From the NCBI GenBank assembly GCA_963748625.1, contig CAVVJT010000007.1, positions 96,001 through 160,000 on the forward strand: a DNA stretch of 64,000 bases. The letters are read 5' to 3'. Below are positions 10,175-19,483 of the stretch, piece by piece. Origin of the DNA: an uncultured Chloroflexia bacterium. Its GTDB lineage: Bacteria; Chloroflexota; Limnocylindria; Limnocylindrales; CSP1-4. How positions within the stretch are numbered: position 1 is the first letter of the stretch; the number at the start of each line of letters is the position of its first letter. Below the pieces are notes generated by a model. The model was not told the origin of the DNA. It saw nothing but the letters and a program-made list of their open reading frames with translations, and searched no databases. The position numbers were made by a program, and so were the translations under genes.

Positions 10175-11305
10175 ATGACCTCGACGCCTGGGCACCCATA
10201 TCGAAACGTCCCGATAGCGCGGCCCGATATCGGCCCGCGCGAGCGCGAGCTCGTCGCCGAAGTGCTCGCAAGCGACGTCCTCGCGATGGGCCAATTCGGG
10301 CAGCGCTTCGAGGCAGGGATTGCCGCCGTTGCCGGTCGAGTTGAGGGCGTTGCCTGCTCAAGCGGCACGGCGGGCCTTCACCTCGGAGTCCGCGCCCTCG
10401 AGATCGGCGAGAACGACGAGGTCATCACCACCCCGTTCAGCTTCGTCGCCTCGGCCAACTGCCTGCTCTACGAACGCGCCGTACCGCGGTTCGTGGACAT
10501 CGAGGAGGAGAGCCTGGGCATGGACCCCGGCCAGGTGGAGGCGGCGGCCACCGGCCGCACTCGGGCCGTCCTGCCGGTGCACGTATTCGGCCGGCTGTGC
10601 CAGATCGACCCGATCATGTCCATCGCCCGGCGGCGGGGCTGGTCCGTCATCGAGGACGCATGCGAAGCTCTGGGCTCGTCCATCGGCGACCGGCCGGCCG
10701 GAAGCTTCGGCGACATCGCGGTGTTCGCCTTCTACCCGAACAAGCAGATCACGACCGGCGAGGGTGGCGTGGTAGTGACCGATGATCCGACCCTCGCCGA
10801 GACGATGCGCAGCCTGCGCAACCAGGGACGGGACGCGGACGGGACCTGGCTTCGCCACGTCCGCCTCGGTTACAACTACCGCCTGGATGAGATGTCGGCC
10901 GCAATCGGCGTGGCGCAACTTGAACGTCTCGAGGAGCTTCGTGCCGGACGCGCCCGAGTCGCGGCCACATACGAGCACGAGCTCGACGGCAACGACTGGG
11001 TCAGGCTACCGAAGGCGGGCGCCGACGAACGCGTGGACTGGTTCGTGTACGTCGTCCGGCTCGACGCGGAGATCGACCGCGATGTCCTGATCGGCCGGCT
11101 GGCCGATCGAGGCGTTGCATCGCGGCCGTACTTCTCGCCGCTCCACCTGCAGCCGTTCTACCGCAGGACCTTTGGGTTCAAACCGGGCGACTTCCCGATC
11201 ACGGAGCGGGTGGCCGCGTCCACCTTGGCCCTGCCGTTCTCCAGCCGGCTCGCGGACGACGACGTCCGATACGTTGCGGCGGCACTGTGCGAGTCAATAG
11301 GGTGA
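10175..11305 (+). CDS. DegT/DnrJ/EryC1/StrS sugar aminotransferase
   Basis: SSGTAGLHL, IEDACEALGS, FAFYPNKQITTGEGG (PLP lysine). Confidence 0.95.
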   Translation: MTSTPGHPYRNVPIARPDIGPRERELVAEVLASDVLAMGQFGQRFEAGIAAVAGRVEGVACSSGTAGLHLGVRALEIGENDEVITTPFSFVASANCLLYERAVPRFVDIEEESLGMDPGQVEAAATGRTRAVLPVHVFGRLCQIDPIMSIARRRGWSVIEDACEALGSSIGDRPAGSFGDIAVFAFYPNKQITTGEGGVVVTDDPTLAETMRSLRNQGRDADGTWLRHVRLGYNYRLDEMSAAIGVAQLERLEELRAGRARVAATYEHELDGNDWVRLPKAGADERVDWFVYVVRLDAEIDRDVLIGRLADRGVASRPYFSPLHLQPFYRRTFGFKPGDFPITERVAASTLALPFSSRLADDDVRYVAAALCESIG

Positions 11306-12534
11306 CACCCGCCGCACGGTCGCCAGCGATCGTTGTCTCCGGCCACACGATGGCCCTGGCCGTGGTGCGGGCTCTCGGTGAAGCCGGCGTGCCCGTCGTT
11401 GTGGCGCACTACGACGCCCGCGACGTCGCCCAGACATCACGTCATGCGATGGCCGCCATCCGCGTACCCAACCCAATGTTGGACGAGGCAGGGTTCATAG
11501 ACGCGCTCGCAGCCCGCGGTCGCGAGTTTGGCGGCTCCGTCCTCTTCCCCGCATCTGACGAGAGCACCGTCGCGGTCTCCCGCAACAAGTCCCTCCTCGA
11601 GAAGCACTTCACGGTTGCATGTCCCGCCTGGGCGGTCACCGAGCGCTTCATCGACAAGTCGCGGACATACGAGATCGCCGCAGCATGTGGCGTGCCGACG
11701 CCACGAACCGTGACCCCGACGTCCGAGGCACACCTGCGGAAAGAGGCAGCGAGGATCGGGTACCCCGTGCTACTGAAGCCCGCGGAGAGCCACCGCTTCT
11801 ACGAGCGGTTCAAGCGGAAGATGGTCCGTGCCGATACGGAGTCGGAACTGGTGCACGCCTACCGTTCGGCAGTCGAGGCGGGGCTCGCCGTGATGGTCCA
11901 GGAGATCATCCCTGGTGCCGACCACACCGTCGTCAACTACAACGCCTACTTCTGGCAAGGCCAGCCTCGTGTCGAGTTCACGGCACGTCAGCTGCGGAAG
12001 GCACCTCCTGCGCTTGGGTCGCCGCGTGTCGCGATCAGCGAGCGGATCCCCAAGGTCCTCGAGCCGGGCAGAGAGATTCTTGCCGCCCTCGGTTTCGAGG
12101 GCTTCGCGTGCACCGAGTTCAAGCAGGACAGCCGCGACGGCGTGTTCAAGCTGATGGAGGTCAATGGGCGGCACAACCTTTCCGGGTTGCTCGCGGTCCG
12201 CAGCGGGGTCAACTTCCCCCTGCTTCACTACCGGCACATGGCCGAAAGCATCGAGCCAAGCGCCGCCTCGTTCCGGGCCGGAGTCTACTGGACGGACATG
12301 TTCCGGGACGCCGGGTACAGCCTCGCCTACCTCCGATCGGAGCGCTATCGGCCGTCAGACTACCTCGCCCCCTACGCGCGGCGGCACTGCGACGCGATCT
12401 GGGACCGACAAGACATGGGCCCATTCTGGGCGCGTCTCGGCTACCTGGCCCGGAACTCAGGTGCAACGGCACGAGCGGCGGTCGGTGCGCCGGCGATGGC
12501 GAAGCATCCCGACGAGAAGAGGGAGAGGACATGA
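11302..12534 (+). CDS. ATP-grasp carboxylate-amine ligase (D-aspartate-ligase-like)
   Basis: DKSRTY, GVPTPRT, YPVLLKP, MVQEIIPG, EFKQDSRDGVFKLMEVNGR; GTGA overlap with the DegT gene. Confidence 0.85.
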   Translation: MTPAARSPAIVVSGHTMALAVVRALGEAGVPVVVAHYDARDVAQTSRHAMAAIRVPNPMLDEAGFIDALAARGREFGGSVLFPASDESTVAVSRNKSLLEKHFTVACPAWAVTERFIDKSRTYEIAAACGVPTPRTVTPTSEAHLRKEAARIGYPVLLKPAESHRFYERFKRKMVRADTESELVHAYRSAVEAGLAVMVQEIIPGADHTVVNYNAYFWQGQPRVEFTARQLRKAPPALGSPRVAISERIPKVLEPGREILAALGFEGFACTEFKQDSRDGVFKLMEVNGRHNLSGLLAVRSGVNFPLLHYRHMAESIEPSAASFRAGVYWTDMFRDAGYSLAYLRSERYRPSDYLAPYARRHCDAIWDRQDMGPFWARLGYLARNSGATARAAVGAPAMAKHPDEKRERT

Positions 12535-13424
12535 CGGTGGAGACGAGGCACATCCTGTGCAGCGCGTGTGGTGTTAACCGTTTCGTTCCCCTGTCCTCGG
12601 TGGACGGATGGACGATCGGGCGCTGCGGGGCCTGCGGCCTCGTCTACGTCAACCCGTCCGCATTCTTCGAACCCACGGAAGCGTTCTCCGACATCTCGCG
12701 CGGGTTCGCATACACCGAGTACATGCACCAGCCTGTCACCCCCGCGATTCTGGAGTTCGAGCGACGACAGCTGCTCGCGAACGCGGGCGAGCTTGCGCGG
12801 CTCGCGCCGGCGCCACACCTGTCCGACGGGCGCCTGCGATTCCTTGACCTGGGCTGCGGGTCCGGTGCCTCGGTACGTGCCGCGACGGATCTCGGGTGGG
12901 ATGCGATCGGGGTCGACATCGATCCTTTGCTCGTTCACGAGGGCAAGGAGTCGCTCGGCGTCGACCTGCGGTGTGTCTCCATCCTCGATAGCGGCCTTCC
13001 GGCCGGCGGCTTTGACTTCATCAAGCTCCGCGACGTCGTCGAGCACCTGCCCAACCCACTCGAGGTCCTGGGGATGGTCGCCCGGCTGCTCGCGCCAGGT
13101 GGCACTGCGCTTCTCGTCACACCGAACGAGGGTGGCCTCGCGACCCGCGCGCGCGTCGCGCTACGGCGTCGCCCCTCCCTCGTGGCCACTGTTCCGCCGC
13201 CGCACCATCTCCACTCCTTCAATCCGGACACGCTGGTGCGGACGATGTCCCGGGCAGGTCTCACGCCCGTGGGCACGTTCACGACGAGGCCAACCGACTG
13301 GCGGTACGTGACATCCAGCAACATGGCCCGGGCGCACAGCCGCCCTGTCCTGCAACCCCTCTGGCGGATCGGGCAGGCACTTGGAATGGGGGCCGTTCTC
13401 GTCAGTTGGGCGGTCCGTCAGTAG
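12531..13424 (+). CDS. Class I SAM methyltransferase with N-terminal CxxC...CxxC zinc knuckle
   Basis: CSACG..CGACGLVYVNP, FLDLGCGSG, DVVEHLPNP, PPHHLHSF; ATGA overlap. Confidence 0.85.
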   Translation: MTVETRHILCSACGVNRFVPLSSVDGWTIGRCGACGLVYVNPSAFFEPTEAFSDISRGFAYTEYMHQPVTPAILEFERRQLLANAGELARLAPAPHLSDGRLRFLDLGCGSGASVRAATDLGWDAIGVDIDPLLVHEGKESLGVDLRCVSILDSGLPAGGFDFIKLRDVVEHLPNPLEVLGMVARLLAPGGTALLVTPNEGGLATRARVALRRRPSLVATVPPPHHLHSFNPDTLVRTMSRAGLTPVGTFTTRPTDWRYVTSSNMARAHSRPVLQPLWRIGQALGMGAVLVSWAVRQ

Positions 13425-13455
13425 TGGCGTCGTCCCGGTTCAGGCGAGCGGTCGA

Positions 13456-14133
13456 ATGACCTCTCTCCGGATACGGCTGGCCATCAAGCGGGGAATCGAC
13501 ATCGGCGGGGCGGCGTCAGCCCTGCTGGTGCTCTCGCCTGTGCTCGCTTGGGTCGCGCTGCTCGTCGCGGTGACGCAGGGTCTGCCGATCCTCTTCCGGC
13601 AGCGACGTCCGGGTCTTGGCGGAGCGCCGTTCGAGATCCTGAAGTTCCGGACGATGCGCGCTCCGCGAAAGGACGAGGTCTGGTACCTCACCGATGATGA
13701 GCGCGTTACGCGCGTGGGGCGGTTCCTGAGAGCTACGAGCCTCGACGAGCTCCCTGAGTTCTGGAACGTCCTCCGAGGCGACATGAGCCTCGTCGGTCCC
13801 CGTCCGCTGTTGATGGAGTACCTCGCAGAGTACTCGCCTGAGGAACAGCGGAGACACGACATGCGCCCCGGTGTCACGGGCTGGGCCGTGGTCAACGGGC
13901 GAAACCTCCTCGTGTTCAGGGACCGGCTGGCCCTCGATGGCTGGTACGTCGATCATTGGAGTCTGCGGCTCGACATCCGGATCCTCCTGATGACAGTCGC
14001 CCAGGTGATCAGGCGCCAGGGCGTGACCACGACAGAGGACTTGGCACTCGGGTTCCCCCTGCCAAGCACCGGACCCGATCCGACGACCCCCGGAGCAGAT
14101 GACCCAGCCGTCGTGGAACACGTACCCGACTGA
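13456..14133 (+). CDS. Monotopic sugar phosphotransferase (PglC/WcaJ-type, Bac_transf)
   Basis: KRGIDI, KFRTM, TSLDELP, GDMSLVGPRP, RPGVTGWA. Confidence 0.95.
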   Translation: MTSLRIRLAIKRGIDIGGAASALLVLSPVLAWVALLVAVTQGLPILFRQRRPGLGGAPFEILKFRTMRAPRKDEVWYLTDDERVTRVGRFLRATSLDELPEFWNVLRGDMSLVGPRPLLMEYLAEYSPEEQRRHDMRPGVTGWAVVNGRNLLVFRDRLALDGWYVDHWSLRLDIRILLMTVAQVIRRQGVTTTEDLALGFPLPSTGPDPTTPGADDPAVVEHVPD

Positions 14134-14150
14134 GCAGGGCACGCACTCCT

Positions 14151-16133
14151 TCAGGGCTGGTCGATGGCGTATCGGAGGCCGACGACGATGTCCCGGTCAA
14201 ACGTTCCGGAGAACGTCGCCGTCGCCCCGGCCACAATGAGTTCCGGGCTGGCTGCAGTGATCCGGTAGCCGTCGGGCACCAGGATGCTGAGCGTGAGCGG
14301 CCCGGCCAGCAGGCCAGGCTGCTTCTGGATCGTCAGGCGGTACGTGCCGCCTTCGTCGTCGGCCTCGGCCGCGTATGGGCTCGTCCACGCGTACGTGAGG
14401 CTGGTGCTGCCGGGAGGCACCTGGAGGTACGCCCCGATCACCATCCTGCCGGCCTCGTTCTCGACCACCGCGGGATCGCTCAAGGGCATGGCTCCGCCGC
14501 CGCTAACAGCGCCGACTCGGCTGCGCTCGGGGACCACGACCCTGGAATACATCCCGAGAATCCGTCCACCGACGTTCTCCAAGGCCATGATGGCGTCTCC
14601 GGCCGCCGAGTCCACGGCGTTGTCCCAGGTCACCTGCAGCGAGTTGCTCGCATTGCCCACGGCGTCGAGGCGGATATCGAGATCGAGTGACCGAGTGGTG
14701 ACGATGTTGAGCTTCGACACGGGCGCCACGTTCGAATCAACGAGGTACACGAAGTCGCCGGCATCGTCTCGGACCGCGCCGGAGAAGCCGCCGCCGGCGA
14801 CCGCTGCCTGGTCTGCGGCGTCGACGAACCACGCCTGGAGGAGCCGATCCCGCCCGAGTGTCTCAACGGTGCCGACCAGATCGCCCCAACTCTGTGATGG
14901 CAGCGCCAGCATTGCCGCGACGAGACTATTGGCGAAAGCGAACAGAAATGCCTTCGCGTTCTCGCCCGGCGTGCGGGGAACCCGCGTGCGCTCAAGAACG
15001 GTCATCGTCGTCTCGCCTGGGGACACGGTCGTATCGAATCCGGGTACCGCGATCGGACCCGTGGCCTTCAGCAACTCGTCGATGGTGAAGGTGGTGATAG
15101 CGAGGACGCCGTCGAGGTCGCCATCGCCACTCTCGTTCGTGTAGAGGCGCAGGGCGTCCCTTGCGCTGGTGGGAAAGTCGGGTGACCAATTCGCGTCCGC
15201 GAACTGCCAGGGCTGCTTCGGTCCAAGCAGATAGTCTGCAAGCTCGCGGGGCGGGTCGATCCATGGGTAGTCAAACGGGAAGTCGAGGGGCCCGGTGTCC
15301 CGGAACCGGAGTTCCACGATCCGACCGCGGTCGAAGCCGACGATGGCGTACGTACCGAGGAATCCCCCAGTCGGACGCAACTCGGCAGGGTCCTGTGTGA
15401 GGACCAGGTAGCGCCGTGGTCCATCCCAGCCCAGGATGGACGGCAGCCGGGCGCTGACCTCGACGTAGGTGTCGAGGAGCGGGCCGTACGTGTCGATCCG
15501 CGCCGTCATCGCATCGCGGACGCTCTCCACCTGGCCCACCAGGCCGTCCGGCACCGCGGCAAGGTGCTGCCGGGCGCTCGCGACGGAGGCAGCAGCCGAG
15601 CTGACGCTGTCGCGGGTCGTGGCCATCAGCTCCACGAGCTGCGAGAGCGCGGAGGCGCGCGCCGGATCCGTGGCCTGCACGTCACGGATGTCGACGAACC
15701 GGCGCCCGACGACCAGCCCCTCGCCGACGGCATCAAGCAGGTCGCCGGCCGCAGCCACGACATCGTCCGCGCCACGCACGTTGGCGGCGGTGGGCGGGAG
15801 CGCGCGGGCGACCGCAACGAGTGGGTCGGTCGCAAGGAGGCTCTCGAGGCGGTCGAAGCGCCCGCGGGCCGCGGCCAGGTCGGCGTCAAGTGCGTCCATC
15901 GTGGCCCCGTCGATCCCCAGGCCGGCCTCCTTCACCCGGTCGACCATCGTCTCCAGGTCGGTCCGGAGCGCGCGCGCCTCGTCGAGCGCCGGCAGGTATC
16001 GGAGCGTGGCAAGGCCCGCGCCTAGGGCGAACGCGAGCACGAGGACAAGAGCGATGCCGCCCAGCACCACCCGCCGCCGGGGCCGGCCCCATCGCCGCGG
16101 AGCAGCCTCCGGTGCCACGCCACCCACGCTCAC
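14151..16133 (-). CDS. DUF4012 domain membrane-anchored protein
   Basis: N-terminal TM, helical stalk, YLVLTQDPAELRPTGGFLG, DANWSPDFPTSA, DGVLAI, YRLTIQKQPG; GTGA overlap with the sortase stop. Confidence 0.85.
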   Translation of the reverse strand: MSVGGVAPEAAPRRWGRPRRRVVLGGIALVLVLAFALGAGLATLRYLPALDEARALRTDLETMVDRVKEAGLGIDGATMDALDADLAAARGRFDRLESLLATDPLVAVARALPPTAANVRGADDVVAAAGDLLDAVGEGLVVGRRFVDIRDVQATDPARASALSQLVELMATTRDSVSSAAASVASARQHLAAVPDGLVGQVESVRDAMTARIDTYGPLLDTYVEVSARLPSILGWDGPRRYLVLTQDPAELRPTGGFLGTYAIVGFDRGRIVELRFRDTGPLDFPFDYPWIDPPRELADYLLGPKQPWQFADANWSPDFPTSARDALRLYTNESGDGDLDGVLAITTFTIDELLKATGPIAVPGFDTTVSPGETTMTVLERTRVPRTPGENAKAFLFAFANSLVAAMLALPSQSWGDLVGTVETLGRDRLLQAWFVDAADQAAVAGGGFSGAVRDDAGDFVYLVDSNVAPVSKLNIVTTRSLDLDIRLDAVGNASNSLQVTWDNAVDSAAGDAIMALENVGGRILGMYSRVVVPERSRVGAVSGGGAMPLSDPAVVENEAGRMVIGAYLQVPPGSTSLTYAWTSPYAAEADDEGGTYRLTIQKQPGLLAGPLTLSILVPDGYRITAASPELIVAGATATFSGTFDRDIVVGLRYAIDQP

Positions 16134-16855
16134 GGAGCCGGGTGCGCGATGACGATGAACCGGGGCGAGGTCGGGTGGTACGAGGTCGAGGTCTGCAGCG
16201 TCAACTGCTCGGTCTTCGTCGGCCGCACGTACTTCATGGCATCCCACGGGACCTTCGGGATGACCTCGTCCACGACGTACCGGCGCGCCGTCCCGTCGGC
16301 CAGGTCCAGCTCGATGACGTCGCCCACCTGCGCCTTCCACAGGTTGATGAACATCCCCTTGCGAGCATGGCCGTAGATATAGACGTTGGAACCGGCACCG
16401 GGCCACGCGGAGCCCGGGTAGTGGGCCGCCTTGTCGATCGGGGCGTCGATGCCATCACCCTCGACGATCCGGAGGTCGATGTCGAGCCGCTCGATCCGGA
16501 TCCGCTTCGCCTTGATGCCGTCGCCGGCAGCAGCGGTCGTGCTCGCGGACGGCTCCGCAGCGCCCGTGGCGTTGATCGAGCCCGTTGGGGTGAAGCTGGG
16601 CGCGGGGAGCTCGCTCGCGACCACGGGCACGAGGGACAGGTCCGCGTAGGCGGAGGTCGCCGCGGCGTCGGCGGTCGTCGATCCGGGCGTCGACGCCGTT
16701 CCGTCGGGCCCTCCGAGTCCGCCGAACGTGATCGCGAGACCGGCGATGATCGCAACGGCCGAGACAGCGAGGGTCGCGACGAGGACTGCCCTCCGATGCC
16801 GACCGCCGCTCGAGGAGGGCGGCGGCGAAGAGGTCGCGACGGGGCGCCCGGCCAT
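16130..16855 (-). CDS. Sortase-family protein with Ser in place of the catalytic Cys (H163-S223-R232)
   Basis: TM anchor; RIERLDIDLRIVEG, AAHYPGSAWPG..NVYIYGHAR, GDVIEL, LTLQTSTS...PRFIVIA (TLxTC position is TCG, Ser). Confidence 0.9.
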   Translation of the reverse strand: MAGRPVATSSPPPSSSGGRHRRAVLVATLAVSAVAIIAGLAITFGGLGGPDGTASTPGSTTADAAATSAYADLSLVPVVASELPAPSFTPTGSINATGAAEPSASTTAAAGDGIKAKRIRIERLDIDLRIVEGDGIDAPIDKAAHYPGSAWPGAGSNVYIYGHARKGMFINLWKAQVGDVIELDLADGTARRYVVDEVIPKVPWDAMKYVRPTKTEQLTLQTSTSYHPTSPRFIVIAHPAP

Positions 16856-16902
16856 GTCAGAGACTGAGGCAGTAGGTGGCCGGCCAGCCTGTCAGCCCGA
16901 CG

Positions 16903-17436
16903 TCAGGCCCAGCGCCGGAGTGCGATCGCGCCGCCGAAGAGGCCCGCAAGCACCAGGAGCAGGCCGACACCGACGGGCACACCACCTGCAGGCGCATCCC
17001 CCGGCAGGGTGGACGTCCGCGGCAGGCCACCGCACACCTGGGTCACGACCCCCGACGCGCTCACGTCGCCGGTTGTGCTCCCTTCGGCCGCGGTCACGGT
17101 CGCGCGGATCTGCCGCTGACCGCTGACAGCCCCCAGCGTCACGGTCGTCGTGGCGATGCCCTGCGCGTTCGTGACTGTCGGCGTCTTGTTGATTGTGTCC
17201 GACGCGGACTGCGTCGTCACGAAGGTCCAGGCCACCGACTGGTCGGCGACCGGGGCCCCGTTCGCGTCCAGGATGGTGGCGGTCATCGTGAACGGCTGGC
17301 CGCACGTGATCGTGCCCTGTGCGGCGACGCCGACGATCGCCTCGACCTGGCCCGTGTACCCGAAGGCGGTCGCAGTCGCCGTCAGCAGGATGATCACGGC
17401 CGCCAGACCGGCGACCCACCGAGTCCGGGCCCTCAT
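16903..17436 (-). CDS. Ig-like (Big_1/invasin-type) surface protein with LPRTS sortase sorting signal
   Basis: Signal peptide; ATILDANGAPVADQSVAW..TNAQGIATTTVT (Big_1-like); C-terminal LPRTS (17011-17025), then a hydrophobic helix and RRWA tail. Confidence 0.85.
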   Translation of the reverse strand: MRARTRWVAGLAAVIILLTATATAFGYTGQVEAIVGVAAQGTITCGQPFTMTATILDANGAPVADQSVAWTFVTTQSASDTINKTPTVTNAQGIATTTVTLGAVSGQRQIRATVTAAEGSTTGDVSASGVVTQVCGGLPRTSTLPGDAPAGGVPVGVGLLLVLAGLFGGAIALRRWA

Positions 17437-17712
17437 CTCGTGCTCTCCCATCGCCGCGCGGTTGCGCTTGGCCGCGGAGACCTGTCGATCCACGGGTCTG
17501 GGGACGCAGCCAAGTCGTACGTCGGCCGCTGCCGACGCCGCGACACGCCGGATCCTACGCTCGGACGGCACCAATGGGTAGTACCTTCGGCCCCCTACTG
17601 AGCGTGCAGATGGTGCGCGGCGGCACCGGTCTCGGGGTCCCGCGGCGGTCGCTGCAGCGCGGCCCCCTGCTATCGTGGAGGCGCAGGCTTCCGTCCGGCC
17701 GAGCGTCGCAGC

Positions 17713-18363
17713 ATGGAGCGCCGACGTCAGGTGATCGACCCAACCGCGCGCGTGCACCCGACAGCAGACCTGGAGCCTGACGTCTCCGTCGGCCCGGGGA
17801 CGAGCATCTGGAACCGCGCCCAGGTTCGGCGTGGTGCCTCGATCGGCGCAGAGTGCGTGGTCGGCCGCGACGCGTTCATCGACGAGGGCGTGGTCATCGG
17901 CGACCGGGTCAAGATCCAGAACGCCGCGCTCGTCTACCACGGCGTGACCGTGGAGGACGGCGTGTTCATCGGGCCGAACGCGATCCTCACAAACGACCGG
18001 TTCCCGCGCTCGATCACGGCCACCGGCGAGCTCTCACGGGCGGACGACTGGGTCGTGAGCCCCATCCGGCTGCGCACCGGCGCGTCGATCGGCGCTGGGG
18101 CGGTGGTGGTCGCCGGCAACGACGTCGGACGCTTCGCGACCGTGGGTGCAGGCGCCGTCGTCACCCGCGACGTCCCCGACCATGCGCTCGTCGCCGGCAA
18201 CCCGGCCCGTCGTCTCGGCTGGGTGTGCGCGTGCGGGCGACGCCTAGTGGACGATGCCTCGGACCCGTTCGGGGCAACCTCGTCGGGCCGCGCCGTGTGC
18301 CCTGCGTGTGCGACTGACTACCACGTCGAGGGCGACCGCTGCGTCGCCGCAACCAGGGGGTGA
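17713..18363 (+). CDS. wbpD: Hexapeptide-repeat N-acetyltransferase (WbpD/WlbB-like)
   Basis: IGDRVKIQN, GVTVEDGVFIGP..TND..PRS, VAGNPARRLGWVCACG. Confidence 0.85.
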   Translation: MERRRQVIDPTARVHPTADLEPDVSVGPGTSIWNRAQVRRGASIGAECVVGRDAFIDEGVVIGDRVKIQNAALVYHGVTVEDGVFIGPNAILTNDRFPRSITATGELSRADDWVVSPIRLRTGASIGAGAVVVAGNDVGRFATVGAGAVVTRDVPDHALVAGNPARRLGWVCACGRRLVDDASDPFGATSSGRAVCPACATDYHVEGDRCVAATRG

Positions 18364-18367
18364 CCGC

Positions 18368-19483
18368 GTGATCCCGATCTCGAAGCCGGACATCGGGACG
18401 GATGAGGAACAGGCCGTCCTCGAGGTCCTCCGATCCGGGATGCTGGCGATGGGCCGCCGGACGGCCGAGTTCGAGGAGGCGTGGGCCGCCTACTGTGGCG
18501 TCAAGCACGCGATCCTCATGGCGAACGGCACGGTCGCCCTCGAGGCGATCCTGAGGGCGATGGGGATCGGCCCGGGCGACGAGGTGATCACCGTCAGCTT
18601 CACGTTCAACGCCACCGTCAGCGCGATCCTCCAGGTGGGCGCCCGGCCAGTGTTCGTGGACATCCGGGCCGACGACTTCTGCATGGACCCCGACCTCGTC
18701 GAGGCGGCGATCTCGCCCCGCACAAAGGCAATCATGCCGGTCCACCTGTACGGCCTGATGGCGGACATGGACCCGCTCATCGCCGTTGCCCAGCGCCACG
18801 GGACCCCGATCATCGAGGACGCGGCCCAGGCACACGGCGCCACCCACCACGGCCGACGGGCGGGGCAGTTCGGACCCGCGATGTTCAGCCTGTACGCGAC
18901 CAAGAACCTCATGACGGGCGAGGGCGGCTTCGCCACGACCGACGACGACGCGCTGGCCGACCGGATCCGCCTGTACCGCAACCACGGCATGCGGGTGCGG
19001 TATCACCACGACGAGCTGGGCACGAACTTCAAGCCGACGGATCTCGCGGCGGCCCTGGGACTCGCCCAGCTTGCCCGCCTGGACGAGCGCACCAAGCGGC
19101 GCGCCGAGAACGCCGCCCGCCTCGCCGACGGGCTCCACGGCTACCTCACGCCTCTCGTCCCCGACGGGCGTGGCCATGCCTGGCACCAGTACACCATGCG
19201 CTTCCCCGGCGAGCGCCAGCAGGTCATCGACGGCCTCACGGAACGAGGGATCGGGACGCTCATCTACTACCCCATCCCGGTCCACCGCCAGGCCTACCTC
19301 CAGGCCTTCGTGCCCGGTGCGGCCGAGCTCGACCTGCCGGTCACGGACCGCCTCGCCGACGAGGTGCTCTCGATCCCGGTCCGGCCGAACCTCACCGAGA
19401 AGGAGCTCCAGGCCGTGATCGACGCCGTCCGCGAGGTCGCCACCCCGGTCCACGAGGGCACGACCGCCGGAGCCGGGCGATGA
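18368..19483 (+). CDS. DegT-family aminotransferase (WbpE/WlbC-like)
   Basis: ANGTVAL, IEDAAQAHGA, FSLYATKNLMTGEGG. Confidence 0.92.
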   Translation: MIPISKPDIGTDEEQAVLEVLRSGMLAMGRRTAEFEEAWAAYCGVKHAILMANGTVALEAILRAMGIGPGDEVITVSFTFNATVSAILQVGARPVFVDIRADDFCMDPDLVEAAISPRTKAIMPVHLYGLMADMDPLIAVAQRHGTPIIEDAAQAHGATHHGRRAGQFGPAMFSLYATKNLMTGEGGFATTDDDALADRIRLYRNHGMRVRYHHDELGTNFKPTDLAAALGLAQLARLDERTKRRAENAARLADGLHGYLTPLVPDGRGHAWHQYTMRFPGERQQVIDGLTERGIGTLIYYPIPVHRQAYLQAFVPGAAELDLPVTDRLADEVLSIPVRPNLTEKELQAVIDAVREVATPVHEGTTAGAGR

